Assembly: GCA_963727485.1 (NCBI GenBank)
Contig: CAVSGM010000003.1
Span: forward strand, 512,001 to 576,000
From: an uncultured delta proteobacterium
GTDB lineage: Bacteria; Myxococcota; Myxococcia; SLRQ01
Reading direction: 5' to 3'
Length of the DNA: 64,000 bases
Within the stretch, counting starts at the first letter, position 1. Each line of letters begins with the position of its first letter. Made by a program: the position numbers and the translations under genes. Positions 20,960 to 32,891 of this stretch are shown here, in pieces. A model generated the notes under the pieces. That model was not told where the DNA came from. It searched no databases and saw only the letters and a program-made list of their open reading frames with translations.

Positions 20960-21378
20960 ATCCCCTGCGGACCGGCTCTCGGAAGGCCACCCGGCCTTCG
21001 TCGTGCTGGACCTGGTGAAGGAGCCGGACCACTCGGCGGCCAGCGAGTTACGGCGGCGGCACCTGGAGTCGCTGGCGGGGCTGGTGCGTTTGGGGCACGT
21101 ATCGCTGGACGGGACGAAGCTGAAGGCGAACGCGTCGAAGCACAAGGCGATGAGCTACGGGCGGATGAAGAAGACCGAGCGGGAGCTGGCGGAGCAGACC
21201 GGCGATCCACGCCCGGCGGAAGGTGATCGGCGAGCCGGTCTTCGGGCAGATCAAAGGGGCCCGAGGAGAGCGGCAGCTGCTTCTGCGCGGGCTGAAGAAG
21301 GCACCCGGGAAGTGGCGCCTGTACCGCCTGACGCACGACCTGCTGAAGCGCTACCGGGCGGGGCTCGCGGCCAGCTGA
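20960..21378 (+). mobile_element. Internally deleted IS1182-family transposase remnant
   Basis: Fragments RLSEGHPAFVVLDLV, PDH...RRRHL, GHVSLDGTKLKANASKHKAMSY and, in another frame, RRKVIGEPVFGQIK...LLRGL...THDLLK. Confidence 0.8.
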
Positions 21379-21525
21379 GCGGGTGAGCCGCGGAAGGCTC
21401 CGGGTGCCAAGTGGTCCGGAGCCCTCCAACCCCCAACCCCCGGGAGAGCCGGTCCGGCCTCCGGCCGGCCGGCTGGCCCCCGCCGGCGGATCCTCCCGCG
21501 GGGGCGTTACCTCAACGGGCGCCTA

Positions 21526-21919
21526 CTAGAGGGTGTCGAGGGCCCGGGTGAGCTTGGTGCGGACCTCCTCGGCGAGCCCCTTCACCCCGGGGTTGTCGAT
21601 GAGGGACGACATCACCACGTAGGGATCGATGGCGGCGACCATGGTCTTGCCCGCGTCGTCCTCCCAGAGGACCACGTTGCAGGGGAGCAGGACCCCCACG
21701 TCGAGCTCGGCCGAGAGGGCCTTGTGGGCGAGCGGCGGGTTGCAGGCGCCGAGGATTCTTGTACTTGCGGAAGTCGACGTCGAGCTTCTTCTTCAGGGTC
21801 GCCTTGACGTCGATCTCGGTGAGCACCCCGAACCCCTCGGTCTTGAGGGCGGCGGGGACCTTCTCCAGGGCGTCCTCGTAGGAGATGTCGAGGACCTTGT
21901 GGATGGCATAGTTGGCCAT
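21526..21919 (-). CDS. DUF302 family protein; one extra base near 21758
   Basis: EGFGVLTEIDVKATLKKKLDVDFRKYK, then ILGACNP...LLPCNVV in the shifted frame; SD GGAGG. Confidence 0.85.
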
Positions 21920-21964
21920 GTGAGCCTCCTTTTGGCCCACAGACTAGACCGGCTGGCTCCGAGG

Positions 21965-23680
21965 TCAACGCCCGGGTGCGCCGGGGTCCGGCGGGAGCCC
22001 TCCGTTCCAGCGGTAGCCCGGAGCCACGGCGGTAGCCGGGTCGTGGAGCCCCCGCCCCTCCACGCCGACGTAGCTGGCGAGGAGGCCGCCGAGGCTGACG
22101 GTGGGTCCCCCGAGGTAGGTGCCGACCAGCCGGCTCTCCGCCAGCCCCACCTGGTGGGTGACCCGCTCCACCGCGGGATCGGCGTTGCCGCCCAGCGCCT
22201 CGATGGCCTGCGCCACCGAGCGGCTCGCGGCCCGGGACAGGGCGTTGCCGGCCGCCGAGGAGAGGGGCCGGATCAGGCGGGTGGCGAGCTTTGCCGCGGC
22301 CTCGGTGCCCGCCTTGCCCCCGGTCCTGGCCACGACCTTGCTCACCAGGTCGGCTGCCGCCGCCCGCACCGCCGGCGCCACCTCGCGCTCGGCGGCGGCG
22401 CGGACCTGGGCGGTGAGCTGCTTGACCGCGGCCTGGACCCCGACCCGCTCCACCAGCTCCCGGGCGCCCCTGGAGACCAGGCGTCCGGTGGCGTCGAGGA
22501 CCGCGCGCTCCGCCTGGCCCTCCACCGAGGCCAGGGCGTCGCTCATCAGGGCCTCGGGGAGCGCCACGAAGCCCGCGCCGAGGCTCACCACCTGCCCGCC
22601 GAGCCGGGCGGCCCAGGCCTCCCGGGCGTGGGTCACCTCGCCGTGGTCCACCACGCCGGCGGCCCACAGGGACCGGGCGAGATCCACGTCGCGCCCGGTG
22701 AGCCGGTGCCAGGCGTCGACCCCGAAGCCGTAGTGCTCGGGATCGGCCAGCGCCGTGCCCCCGGTGACCGCGCGCCGGAGGGCGAAGGCCTCGGCGTAGC
22801 GGGGATCCTGGGTGGCGAGCTGGCGGACCACCGGCCGGAACACCAGGAGGGGCTCCTTCGCCTTCCAGGCGTAGTCGCGGGCGGCGACCAGCTCCTCCCG
22901 GAGCTGCGCCAGGCCATCGGCCATCTCCGCGAGGGACACCGGGGTCCCGACGATCTCCGCGTGGCCGGTGGCCACCAGCTCGGCCCGGGCCCGGGCGCCG
23001 GCCTGACTCCGGGAGAAGAGGTAGAGGGTGGGATCGCCGGTGAGGTGGCCGGCGACGCCGAGGTGGTGGGCGTCGAGGACCGCCTCCCGGGCGACCGCGG
23101 GGACCGCCCCGAAGCGCTGGAAGAAGGCCTCGAGGGCCGCCGGGTCGTGGACCTGGCCGCGCATCACCGCCGCCAGGTGGTCGACCTGCTTGATCTTGGC
23201 CGTGAGCTGGCCGGCGGCGGCGGCACGCACCCGCTCGCCGAGGATCCGGCTGACGGCGCCGGCGACCACCCGGCCCGCCCGGGCCACCTCGGCGGGGGCG
23301 AGGCCCAGGCGGGCGGCCTCGGCGCCGAGGGCCTGGCCGAAGGCGGCGCCGTCGGCCGTGGCCCGGAGGAGGATCACCTCGCCCCTGGGATCGTGGGCCC
23401 AGCGGTCGAGGACCGAGGCCATCTGGGAGGCCGAGGTGCCCTGGGAGAACACCGCCCTGGCGACGACCGGGCGCCACACCGCCCCGGGGACGGTGCTCAG
23501 CGGGGGGGGCGGGGGCGCCTCGACCCGGTCGGGGGAGGCCGACGGCTTCGGGGCCGTGCCCGAGGACACCTCTCCGACGTCCCGGTGGGGATCCGGGCCG
23601 CTGGGGCCGCTGGGGCCGCTGGGGGCGGCCGGGGGCGCGGGGGGCGGCGGGGGTGGGGCGTCACCGGAGATGCGGGGCAT
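21965..23680 (-). CDS. Hypothetical Ala-rich helical protein with a Pro-rich disordered N-terminus
   Basis: Long open frame with typical codon bias from MPRISGDAPPPP; no recognisable family motif. Confidence 0.6.
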   Translation of the reverse strand: MPRISGDAPPPPPPAPPAAPSGPSGPSGPDPHRDVGEVSSGTAPKPSASPDRVEAPPPPPLSTVPGAVWRPVVARAVFSQGTSASQMASVLDRWAHDPRGEVILLRATADGAAFGQALGAEAARLGLAPAEVARAGRVVAGAVSRILGERVRAAAAGQLTAKIKQVDHLAAVMRGQVHDPAALEAFFQRFGAVPAVAREAVLDAHHLGVAGHLTGDPTLYLFSRSQAGARARAELVATGHAEIVGTPVSLAEMADGLAQLREELVAARDYAWKAKEPLLVFRPVVRQLATQDPRYAEAFALRRAVTGGTALADPEHYGFGVDAWHRLTGRDVDLARSLWAAGVVDHGEVTHAREAWAARLGGQVVSLGAGFVALPEALMSDALASVEGQAERAVLDATGRLVSRGARELVERVGVQAAVKQLTAQVRAAAEREVAPAVRAAAADLVSKVVARTGGKAGTEAAAKLATRLIRPLSSAAGNALSRAASRSVAQAIEALGGNADPAVERVTHQVGLAESRLVGTYLGGPTVSLGGLLASYVGVEGRGLHDPATAVAPGYRWNGGLPPDPGAPGR

Positions 23681-23842
23681 GGCGGACCTGGGGTGAGGGG
23701 CGGACGTCGGGAGACGGGCTCGCCCGGCCTCCTCGCAAGGCCCGTGCCCGCCGCCAGCGCCCGGGATCCTGGCCCCTTGGCCCCGGGTGCCCCGCCCGGG
23801 CCGCCGGCGTTCCGGACCACCGGTCCGCAATCCGGTCCGGGG

Positions 23843-25807
23843 CTAGCGCGCCTCCGGCGCGGCCCGGTCGTCCGCTGGCCGGCCCTCGGGCCGCCGGTCC
23901 CCGCCGCTGCGTCCCCCGCCGGCGGACCCGCCGGCCTCGGCCTGGCGGATCTGTGCCACCGACGCCGGCCGCAGGTCCTCCACCGAGTAGGGCAGGCCGA
24001 CGATGCCCGCCTCGAGCCACCGGTGCTCCCCGTCGAGGACCGCGCGTCCGGTCCGGTACCGGGCCTCGTCGTCGTTGTCGAAGAGGTCCCGGAGGAGGTC
24101 GTCCACCCGGCGCCTGGCCCCGAGGGCGTAGGCGTCGGCGAGGGCCACCGCGTGCTCGGCGTCCGGGCGCCGGGCGTCGTGGATCGCCTTGGCCCGGGTG
24201 ACCGTGGCCACCAGGGCGAAGAGCTCCAGGGCCACGTCCACCGCCCGGAAGAGGAAGGCCTGCTTGCGCTCCAGCCCGGCCCGGTAGGCCACCATCCCGT
24301 GGAAGATCGACCGGGCCAGGCGCCTCGCCGAGCGGTTGGCGAAGCGCAGGTGGGTCGCCAGAGAGCCGTAGTCGGTGTAGCTCGGCCACTGGGCCCAGCC
24401 GAAGTATCGGCTCGGGTACCACCAAGCGTAGTGGGCGGCGATCCCCGGCAGCGCGCCGAGGCGGTCGCTCCGGCTGGCCTTGGGATCGACCAGGGTGCCG
24501 GCGACCTCCAGGTGCCGGTCCACCGCCTCCCGAGCCATGAACAGGTGCATGATCTCGCTGGAGCCCTCGAAGATGGTGTTGATCCGGGCGTCCCGCATCA
24601 TCCGCTCCACCTCCGCCGGGGCCTCGCCGCGGTCCGCCAGCGATCGCGCGGTCTCGTAGCCGCGCCCGCCCCGGACCTGGAGGGTCTGGTCGACCAGGTG
24701 CCAGAAGCGGGTGGTGTTCAGCTCCTTGGCCGCGGCCGCCTCGAGGCGGATGTCGTAGCCCTCACGGTCCGCGAAGTCTCCCACCAGGTCCGCCACCGCC
24801 TCCAGGGCGAAGGTGGTCGAGGCGATGTCCGAGAGCATGTGGGTCACCGCCTCGTGCTCGCCGATGGGAGCGCCCCACTGCTCCCGGGCCTCGGCCCAGC
24901 GGCTGGCGAGCTGGAGGCAGCGCTTGGCGCCCCCGGCCAGCGCCGCGGGGATCGAGAGGCGCCCGGTGTTGAGGGTGGTCAGGGCGATGCGCAGGCCGGC
25001 GCCCTCGTCGCCGATGCGCTGGTCGGCCGGGAGGTGCACGTCGCGGAAGCGGATGACCCCGTTGGCCAGGGCCTTGAGGCCCATGAAGTGGCAGCGGTGG
25101 ACCACCTCCACCCCGGGCTGGTCCATCTCCACCACGAAGGCGTTGATCCGGTCGGTGTCGGGGTTTCTCGCCATGACCACGATGAGCTCGGCGATGGTGC
25201 CGTTGGTGGTCCACAGCTTCTCCCCGTCGAGGACGTAGCCCCCCTCGCCGTCGGGGCGGGCGGTGGTCCCGAGGCGCGCCGGGTCCGAGCCCACCGCGGG
25301 CTCGGTGAGGGCGAAGGCGCTGATGGCCCCCTTGGCGCACCTAGGCAGGTAGCGGCGCTTCTGCGCCTCGGTGCCAAAGAGCAAGAGCGGCTGAGGCACC
25401 CCGATGGCCTGATGGGCGGAGAGCAGGGCGGTGACATTGGCGTCGTGGCTGCCGATGAGCTTCATCGCCTGCACGTACTCGGAGGCGGTGAAGCCCAGGC
25501 CCCCGTACTCGGTGGGGATCTTCATCCCGAAGGCCCCGAGGTCGGCGAGGCCCCGGATCACCTCCGGCGGGTACTCACCGGACTCGTCGATGGCCCGCGG
25601 GTCCACGCGCTCCTCGAGGAAGGTCTGGAGGCGGTCCATGAAGTCGGCGAAGGCGGGGCGGCGCTCGCCCTCGAGGGGGTAGGGGTCCACGAGGTCGAGG
25701 CGGAGGCGACCGAGGAAGAGCTCCCGGAGGAAGGCGGCTCCCTGCCAGGTGGTCTCGCGCGACGCCTCCGCGACCTCCCGGGAAGACTGTGCGTCGGGAG
25801 TGGGCAT
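23843..25807 (-). CDS. Acyl-CoA dehydrogenase (ACAD9/VLCAD-like)
   Basis: GAFGMKIP, AFALTEPAVGSD, GEKLWTTNG, RDARINTIFEGSSEI. Confidence 0.92.
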   Translation of the reverse strand: MPTPDAQSSREVAEASRETTWQGAAFLRELFLGRLRLDLVDPYPLEGERRPAFADFMDRLQTFLEERVDPRAIDESGEYPPEVIRGLADLGAFGMKIPTEYGGLGFTASEYVQAMKLIGSHDANVTALLSAHQAIGVPQPLLLFGTEAQKRRYLPRCAKGAISAFALTEPAVGSDPARLGTTARPDGEGGYVLDGEKLWTTNGTIAELIVVMARNPDTDRINAFVVEMDQPGVEVVHRCHFMGLKALANGVIRFRDVHLPADQRIGDEGAGLRIALTTLNTGRLSIPAALAGGAKRCLQLASRWAEAREQWGAPIGEHEAVTHMLSDIASTTFALEAVADLVGDFADREGYDIRLEAAAAKELNTTRFWHLVDQTLQVRGGRGYETARSLADRGEAPAEVERMMRDARINTIFEGSSEIMHLFMAREAVDRHLEVAGTLVDPKASRSDRLGALPGIAAHYAWWYPSRYFGWAQWPSYTDYGSLATHLRFANRSARRLARSIFHGMVAYRAGLERKQAFLFRAVDVALELFALVATVTRAKAIHDARRPDAEHAVALADAYALGARRRVDDLLRDLFDNDDEARYRTGRAVLDGEHRWLEAGIVGLPYSVEDLRPASVAQIRQAEAGGSAGGGRSGGDRRPEGRPADDRAAPEAR

Positions 25808-25910
25808 GGCGTGCTCCTTTCGCCAACCACGTTAGGGTGCCGAGCGCACGCCGCCACCGGTGGACGGCGCAGCGGCGAGGCGATAGACCCGGGCGCCAAG
25901 GAGGCTCACC

Positions 25911-27109
<1,199 letters not shown>

Positions 27110-27113
<4 letters not shown>

Positions 27114-28273
27114 CGGGGGCGTCGTCTTTGAGCCTGCGGCCGGGCCGCCTTCGCCTCGCGGTCCTCGTCGCCGCCGGTCTCCTCGCCGGCTGCGGGGGCG
27201 GACCCGCGATCTCCGGGACCGTCACCTGCCAGGTGGTCGGCCGGCGCGCGGACGGCACCTACGCCCTGGTGACCCGGAAGCTCACGGTCACCGACCTCTC
27301 GCGCCTCGAGGGGCCGGTGACCCGCTTCTGGGCCCGGGGGCAGCTGGCCAGCACCACCGACGCCTCGGGCAACCCCAACGGGATGGGGGTCGACGGGGGC
27401 CACGCCATGGCCCTGCAGCTCGACGACAAGGACGGGACCTTCGTCGCCCGGGACTTCGACTCCCTGATGGCGATGACGATCTACGACCACCTCGCCCGGG
27501 GGCGGGCGTACTTCGCGACGCTGGGCCTGGGGACCGACACCCCGCCGCTCCCGGCCCTGCCCACCGAGTACCTGCCCACCGAGTCGGTCCTGGGCCTGGG
27601 CCTGCCGCTGATCAGCGACAACGCCGCCTACTCGCCGTTTGCCGACGCCTTCCTCATCTTCCCCCAGAGCCTCCTCGACGAGGTGCCGCTGGCCGCCAAC
27701 GAGGGCGTGGTCACCCACGAGCTGGCCCACGCGGTCTTCAACCTCCTCACCAGCCGCAGCCGCGGCCAGACGGTGCCGGCGCGGTACGCGGACAACTGGC
27801 CCGCCCGGCCCATGAACCTGGTCGCCTCCCTCAACGAGGGGCTCTCCGACGTCCACGGGGCGGCGATGACCGGGGACCCGGACTTCATCGCCCCGAGCGC
27901 CACCGCGCTGCACCTCGACCGGGATCTCTCCAAGCACCGCACCTACACCGCGGACATGGACCAGGCCCTCGACGGCGACGCCACCGGCTACAATCCCTAC
28001 GTCCTGGGGAGCGTGTTCGCCTCGACCTTCTGGGCCTTCCGGGGGCGCCTGGTGGACGGGGGGATGGCCGCCGCGGATGCGCGGCACGAGATGGCCCAGG
28101 TGGCCTTCGACGGCACCCGGCAGCTCAGCCTCACGCCGGATATCACCGTGGCGTCGGTGCTCTCGGTCTTCGTGGCGGCGGCGCCCGCCGGGGCCGAGCG
28201 CCAGGCCTTCTGCGCCGCTGTCGGCGAGGCCTTCGCCCGGGTCGCCGGGCAGGTGACCGGGTGCGGGCCGTGA
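27110..28273 (+). CDS. Lipoprotein gluzincin metallopeptidase (M4/M36-like)
   Basis: GTGA overlap; lipobox LLAGC; DNAAY, THELAH and NEGLSD zinc ligands. Confidence 0.75.
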
Positions 28274-28920
28274 GGCGCCGAGGGATCGGGGTGCTCCTCG
28301 CGGCGCTCGGGATCGCCGCCGGGGGCCTGCCTGCCGGGGCGGCCCGAGCCGACGTGCCCCCGCCGCCGCTCCCGGCGTCCGCGCCGCCTCCTGCGCCTGC
28401 GCCGCCCCCTGCGCCGCCCTCTGCGCCGCCCCGGCACCTCGCCCTCGTCCCCGCGGTGGGCCTGCGCCTCGGCCTCGCCGGCGCGCCGACCGGCACCGGC
28501 GACGCCAGCCTCGCCCCGACCCTCGGCGCCGTCGTCGCCCTGCGCGTCGGCCGGCACCTCGACGCCCACCTCGCCTGGGACGCCGCGTTCCTCTCCGGGG
28601 GCACCTCGTCGGTCTCGGTGCGCTCGGTGACCCACGGCCTGTCGCTGGTCGCCGACGGACGCCTGGTCCTCCACGGCGCCGTGGCCCTGGTCGCCGGGGC
28701 GGGCCCGGGCCTCGCCGTGGAGGTGATCACGGGCCGGGCCCCGGCCGGGTCGGTGACCCACGTCACCGTCCGCCCGGGCCTGGTCTGGGATGCTGGCCTG
28801 GACCTCGCCGCCGGTCGCTTCGACCTGCGCCTCGGGGTCGAGGGCCGCCTCGACCGCCTCGGTCACCGCATCGCGTTTCTGGCGGGCGTCCGGTTTCGCC
28901 TGCACAATCCGGGGACCTGA
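28270..28920 (+). CDS. Putative outer-membrane beta-barrel protein
   Basis: Signal peptide, Pro-rich linker, alternating amphipathic strands, GVRFRL near the C-terminus. Confidence 0.55.
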   Translation: MRRRGIGVLLAALGIAAGGLPAGAARADVPPPPLPASAPPPAPAPPPAPPSAPPRHLALVPAVGLRLGLAGAPTGTGDASLAPTLGAVVALRVGRHLDAHLAWDAAFLSGGTSSVSVRSVTHGLSLVADGRLVLHGAVALVAGAGPGLAVEVITGRAPAGSVTHVTVRPGLVWDAGLDLAAGRFDLRLGVEGRLDRLGHRIAFLAGVRFRLHNPGT

Positions 28921-28942
28921 CACCCCCCTCCCGGGAGCCAAC

Positions 28943-29659
28943 ATGTACTTCAAGCGACTCACGCCGCTCATCGCCGCCCTCGCCCTCACCGTCACCGCCG
29001 GGGGCTGCGCCACCATCGGCACCCTGCAGACCGCCAACACCCTGGGCAAGGGCAAGTTCCAGATGGCCCTCGAGCCCAGCGCCTGGGGCGCCATCGGCTC
29101 CACCACCGTCCTCGTCCCCAACGTGACCCTCGCCGCCCGCTACGGCCTCTCGCCCACCCTCGACATCGGCGGCCGGGTCGGCTCCAACGGCTTCGAGATC
29201 AACGGCAAGCTCCAGCTCACCCCGCCCAAGGCCCCGGGCCTGGTGGTCTCCATCGCTCCCAGCCTCGGGGGCTTCGCGCTGGCCGCCGGCGGCGCCTCCG
29301 CCGGGAGCCTCTACGTCCAGGTCCCGGTCCTCCTCGGCTTCGACCTCGGCGGCGGGAGCCAGCTCGTCCTCGGCCCCAAGCTCCTCGACTGGCTCTTCTT
29401 CGGCGGCGGCACCGCCAGCTCCGGGGGCACCACCTCCTCGGCGGGCGGCTCGGGGAACCTCCTCGCCGTGGGGACCTCCGTCGGCGTCAGCCTCAAGCTC
29501 GCCGACGGCTTCCGCCTCCTCCCGGAGATCTCGGTCGCCTACCCCCTGGTCACCGGCATCTCGGGCAGCGCCAACGGCAACAGCGCCGGGAGCACCTCGG
29601 TGGCCACCAGCAACGGCCTGCTCACCCAGATCAGCCTGGCCCTGCTCTTCGGGGGCTGA
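28943..29659 (+). CDS. Lipoprotein / small outer-membrane beta-barrel-like protein
   Basis: Lipobox AGGC, QTANTLGKG, RYGLSPTLDIG, LLPEIS; SD GGGAG before ATG 28943. Confidence 0.65.
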   Translation: MYFKRLTPLIAALALTVTAGGCATIGTLQTANTLGKGKFQMALEPSAWGAIGSTTVLVPNVTLAARYGLSPTLDIGGRVGSNGFEINGKLQLTPPKAPGLVVSIAPSLGGFALAAGGASAGSLYVQVPVLLGFDLGGGSQLVLGPKLLDWLFFGGGTASSGGTTSSAGGSGNLLAVGTSVGVSLKLADGFRLLPEISVAYPLVTGISGSANGNSAGSTSVATSNGLLTQISLALLFGG

Positions 29660-29729
29660 GCGGCGCCCGGGGCGATCGGCGTGTCGAGCCGATCGCCCGC
29701 GCCCCGGGATCGCCCGCCGGTCCCGGGGC

Positions 29730-30191
29730 CTACTTGAGGCCGAGCTCGCGCTTGAGCTTCTTGACCGCGGCGAAGTACGTCGAGCGGTCGTAGGGGACGT
29801 TGAGGATGTGGAAGTCCGCCTTCTGCAGGCCCACGCACCCGAAGCAGTAGCTGCAGTCGGAGCACTCCTGGCAGTAGGTGAGGTAGGCGGAGCCCACGCA
29901 CTGCTCGCACTCGACGCAGTGGGCGCAGCTGTGACACGCCCGGCAGCCCTGGCAGTGGTTGCAGTTGCTGGAGCCGGTGCACCCCTGGCAGTAGTTGCAG
30001 CGGTAGCAGGCCGTGCAGTCCTCGCAGAAGATGCAGGAGGCGCAGTGGTCGCAGCCGGTGCACTGGTAGGAGTTGAGGTTCTCCGCGGTCTGGGCGTGGT
30101 CGCGGCGCAGTCGCTCGAGGGCGTCGAGGAAGGCGCGGCGATCGGTCGGGGGCGTGGGGGCGATCTCGGCTGCGTCGAGGGCTTCGGCCAT
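29730..30191 (-). CDS. Cys-rich CxxCxxC repeat protein, 153 aa
   Basis: 23 Cys at 3-residue periodicity ending CFGCVGL...HILN. Confidence 0.8.
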   Translation of the reverse strand: MAEALDAAEIAPTPPTDRRAFLDALERLRRDHAQTAENLNSYQCTGCDHCASCIFCEDCTACYRCNYCQGCTGSSNCNHCQGCRACHSCAHCVECEQCVGSAYLTYCQECSDCSYCFGCVGLQKADFHILNVPYDRSTYFAAVKKLKRELGLK

Positions 30192-30282
30192 GGGGCTTGG
30201 GTTATAGCAGAACCCGGGGGTTTCGGGCCCGGCCTTGCGACGCCCCGGGGCGCTGCGTACCATGCCGCGCCCTCGAGCCCTC

Positions 30283-32320
30283 ATGGTCGACCTGTCGCAC
30301 CTCAACCCCGAGCAGCGCCTCGCCGTCACCACCACCGAGGGGGCCCTCCTGGTCCTCGCCGGCGCGGGCTCCGGGAAGACCCGGGTGGTGGTGCACCGCA
30401 TCGCCCACCTCCTCGACCAGGGGACCGAGCCCGAGGCGATCCTGGCGGTCACCTTCACCAACAAGGCCGCCGGGGAGATGCGGGCGCGGGTGGCGCAGCT
30501 CACCGGCAAGCGCATCGCCGAGCGCCTCACCGTCTCCACCTTCCACGCCTTCGGGGTGAGCGTCCTGCGGGACCACATCCACCGCCTCGACTACGGCAAG
30601 CACTTCGCCATCTTCGACAGCCAGGACCAGCTCGCCACCCTCAAGCGGGTGCTGGCCCAGGTGTCGCTGGGCGATCGGGCCTTCGACAGCGGGCGGATCC
30701 AGGCGCGGATCGGCCGGGCCAAGAACGCCGGCGTCGATCCCGACACCTTCATCGCCCAGGCCGACCCCGAGGACGACTACGACGTCATCCTCTGCGAGGT
30801 CTACCCGCGCTACCAGCAGGCCTTGAAGGCGATGAACGCCGTCGACTTCGACGACCTCATCCTCCTGCCCCTGACCCTGCTCCGGGACCACGCCGAGGTC
30901 CGGGAGGCCTACCGCGCGCGCTACCGCTACTTCATGGTCGACGAGTACCAGGACACCAGCCGGGTCCAGGTGCGCTTCCTCCAGGCGCTGGCCGGCGAGG
31001 GCGGGAACGTGTGCGTGGTGGGCGACGACGACCAGGCCATCTACGCCTGGCGCGGCGCCGAGGTGGACAACATCCTGCGCTTCGAGCACGCCTTCCCCGG
31101 GGCGCAGGAGATCAAGCTCACCCGCAACTACCGCTCCACCAGCCACATCCTCGACGCCGCCAACGCGGTCATCGCCCTCAACGCCAAGCGGCGGGGCAAG
31201 GACCTGTGGACCGAGGCCGGCGCCGGGGAGCCCATCCAGGTGGTCCTCTGCCCCGACGAGGAGGAGGAGGCCCGGTGGGTGGTCGACGAGATCGATCGGC
31301 TGGTCCACCTCGAGCACCTGCGCCGGGACGACTGCGCCATCCTCTTCCGCACCAACGGCCAGTCGAGGCCCCTCGAGGAGGCGCTCCGGGCCAAGGGCAT
31401 GGGCTACAAGCTGGTGGGCGGGACCCGGTTCTTCGACCGCAAGGAGATCCGCGACGGCCTCGCCTGGCTCCGGGCCCTGGCCTACCCCAAGGACGACCTG
31501 AGCCTCCTGCGCGCGGTCCACACCCCGGCCCGCGGCATCGGCGACACCTCCCTGGAGCGCCTGGGGCAGTGGGCGAGGGCCCACGGGCGGTCCCTCTTCG
31601 AGGCGATGCGCCGGGTGGAGCACATCGAGGGCTGCGAGCGCGCGGTGGGGCCGGTCCACGAGCTGGTGGACATCCTGGAGCGCCACCGCCACGCGTTTCG
31701 TCCCGGGGGGCGCCTGGACCAGGCGGCGTCGGCCCTCTTCGAGGAGGCCGGGGTCTTCGAGGCGGTGCGCGCCAGCGTGAAGAGCGCCACCGCCGGGGCC
31801 CAGCGGGTGGCGAACCTCGAGGCCCTGGTGGCGTCCATCGGCCGCTACTGCGACCGGGAGAAGCGGCCGACCCTGCCCGCCTATCTGGCCCGGGTGGCCC
31901 TCGACGGCCGGGAGGAGGACGACGACGGGGGCCAGGGGAAGGTCACCCTGCTCACCCTCCACGCCGCCAAGGGCCTGGAGTTCCCGGTGGTCTTCCTCGC
32001 GGGCCTCGAGGAGGGCCTCCTGCCCCACGAGGGGATGCAGGGGATGCCCCCGGACCTCCCGGAGGAGCGGCGGCTCGCCTACGTGGGGATCACCCGGGCC
32101 AAGCGCCGCCTCTACCTCTCCCGGGCGTTGGCGCGGCAGCGGCGGGGGAAGCTCGGCGAACGCATCCCCTCGCGATTCCTGGAGGATCTCCCGGAGCACA
32201 CCTTCGTGACCGTGGACACCGCGGTCCCCACCGGGCCCCTGACCGGCGACGATTCTCGAGGCCGGGAAGGCGTTCCTGGCGCAGATCAAGGCCTCCCTCG
32301 GCGCCGGGGCGGACGAGTGA
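30283..32320 (+). CDS. UvrD/Rep family SF1 DNA helicase; frameshift near 32260
   Basis: LAGAGSGKT, TFTNKAA, TFHAFG, VDEYQD, VGDDDQAIY, NYRST, TLHAAKGLEF, EERRLAYVGITRA; C-terminus AFLAQIKASLGAGADE ends at TGA 32318-32320. Confidence 0.92.
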
Positions 32321-32356
32321 GGGCCGGCCCCGGTGTCGATCCTCGGGTCAACGGGC

Positions 32357-32385
32357 TTGACGTGGGGTCCGGAGGCCCTTATACA
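32357..32385 (+). promoter_or_regulatory. Sigma70-type promoter of rplM-rpsI
   Basis: TTGACG-17 nt-TATACA upstream of rplM. Confidence 0.65.
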
Positions 32386-32439
32386 CGCGCCTTTCCCGGC
32401 CCCCGGTCCGGGCCACCCGTCTATTGCGGAGCAGCACCC

Positions 32440-32874
32440 ATGTCCACGCCGAGCCTCAAGCAGGGAGACGCCGAGCAGCGCTGGCTGCTGATCGACGCCG
32501 AGGACCTCGTCCTCGGTCGCGCCGCCTCCCAGATCGCCAGCATCCTGCGCGGGAAGCACAAGCCCCAGTACACCCCCCACGCCGATGCCGGCGACCACGT
32601 GGTCGTGGTGAACGCGGCCAAGGTTCGCCTCACCGGCCGGAAGTGGGCCGACAAGATGTACTACCGGCACACCGGCTATCCCGGTGGCCTGGTCGAGCGC
32701 ACCGCCTCGGAGCTGCGGGACAAGAAGCCCGAGGACCTCATCTACAACGCCGTGCGGCGCATGCTCCCCAGGAGTCCCCTGGGCCGGAGCCTGATGCGCA
32801 AGCTCCGGGTCTACCCCGGCGCCGAGCATCCGCACGTCGCGCAGCAGCCCGAGCCCTTCAAGCTCGCCTACTAG
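32440..32874 (+). CDS. rplM: 50S ribosomal protein L13
   Basis: [41 protein letters not shown]. Confidence 0.97.
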   Translation: MSTPSLKQGDAEQRWLLIDAEDLVLGRAASQIASILRGKHKPQYTPHADAGDHVVVVNAAKVRLTGRKWADKMYYRHTGYPGGLVERTASELRDKKPEDLIYNAVRRMLPRSPLGRSLMRKLRVYPGAEHPHVAQQPEPFKLAY

Positions 32875-32891
32875 GTTCCAGGAGCATCGTC

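Noticed and set aside
20909..21960. GGAGCCAG inverted pair bracketing the IS remnant and DUF302 as a composite element
   Set aside because: Only 8 bp of identity in GC-rich DNA and no target-site duplication seen.
30235..32874. Apparent 879-aa UvrD-L13 fusion in the ORF track
   Set aside because: An indel near 32260 bypasses the helicase stop at 32318-32320; rplM has its own TTGACG/TATACA promoter and SD.
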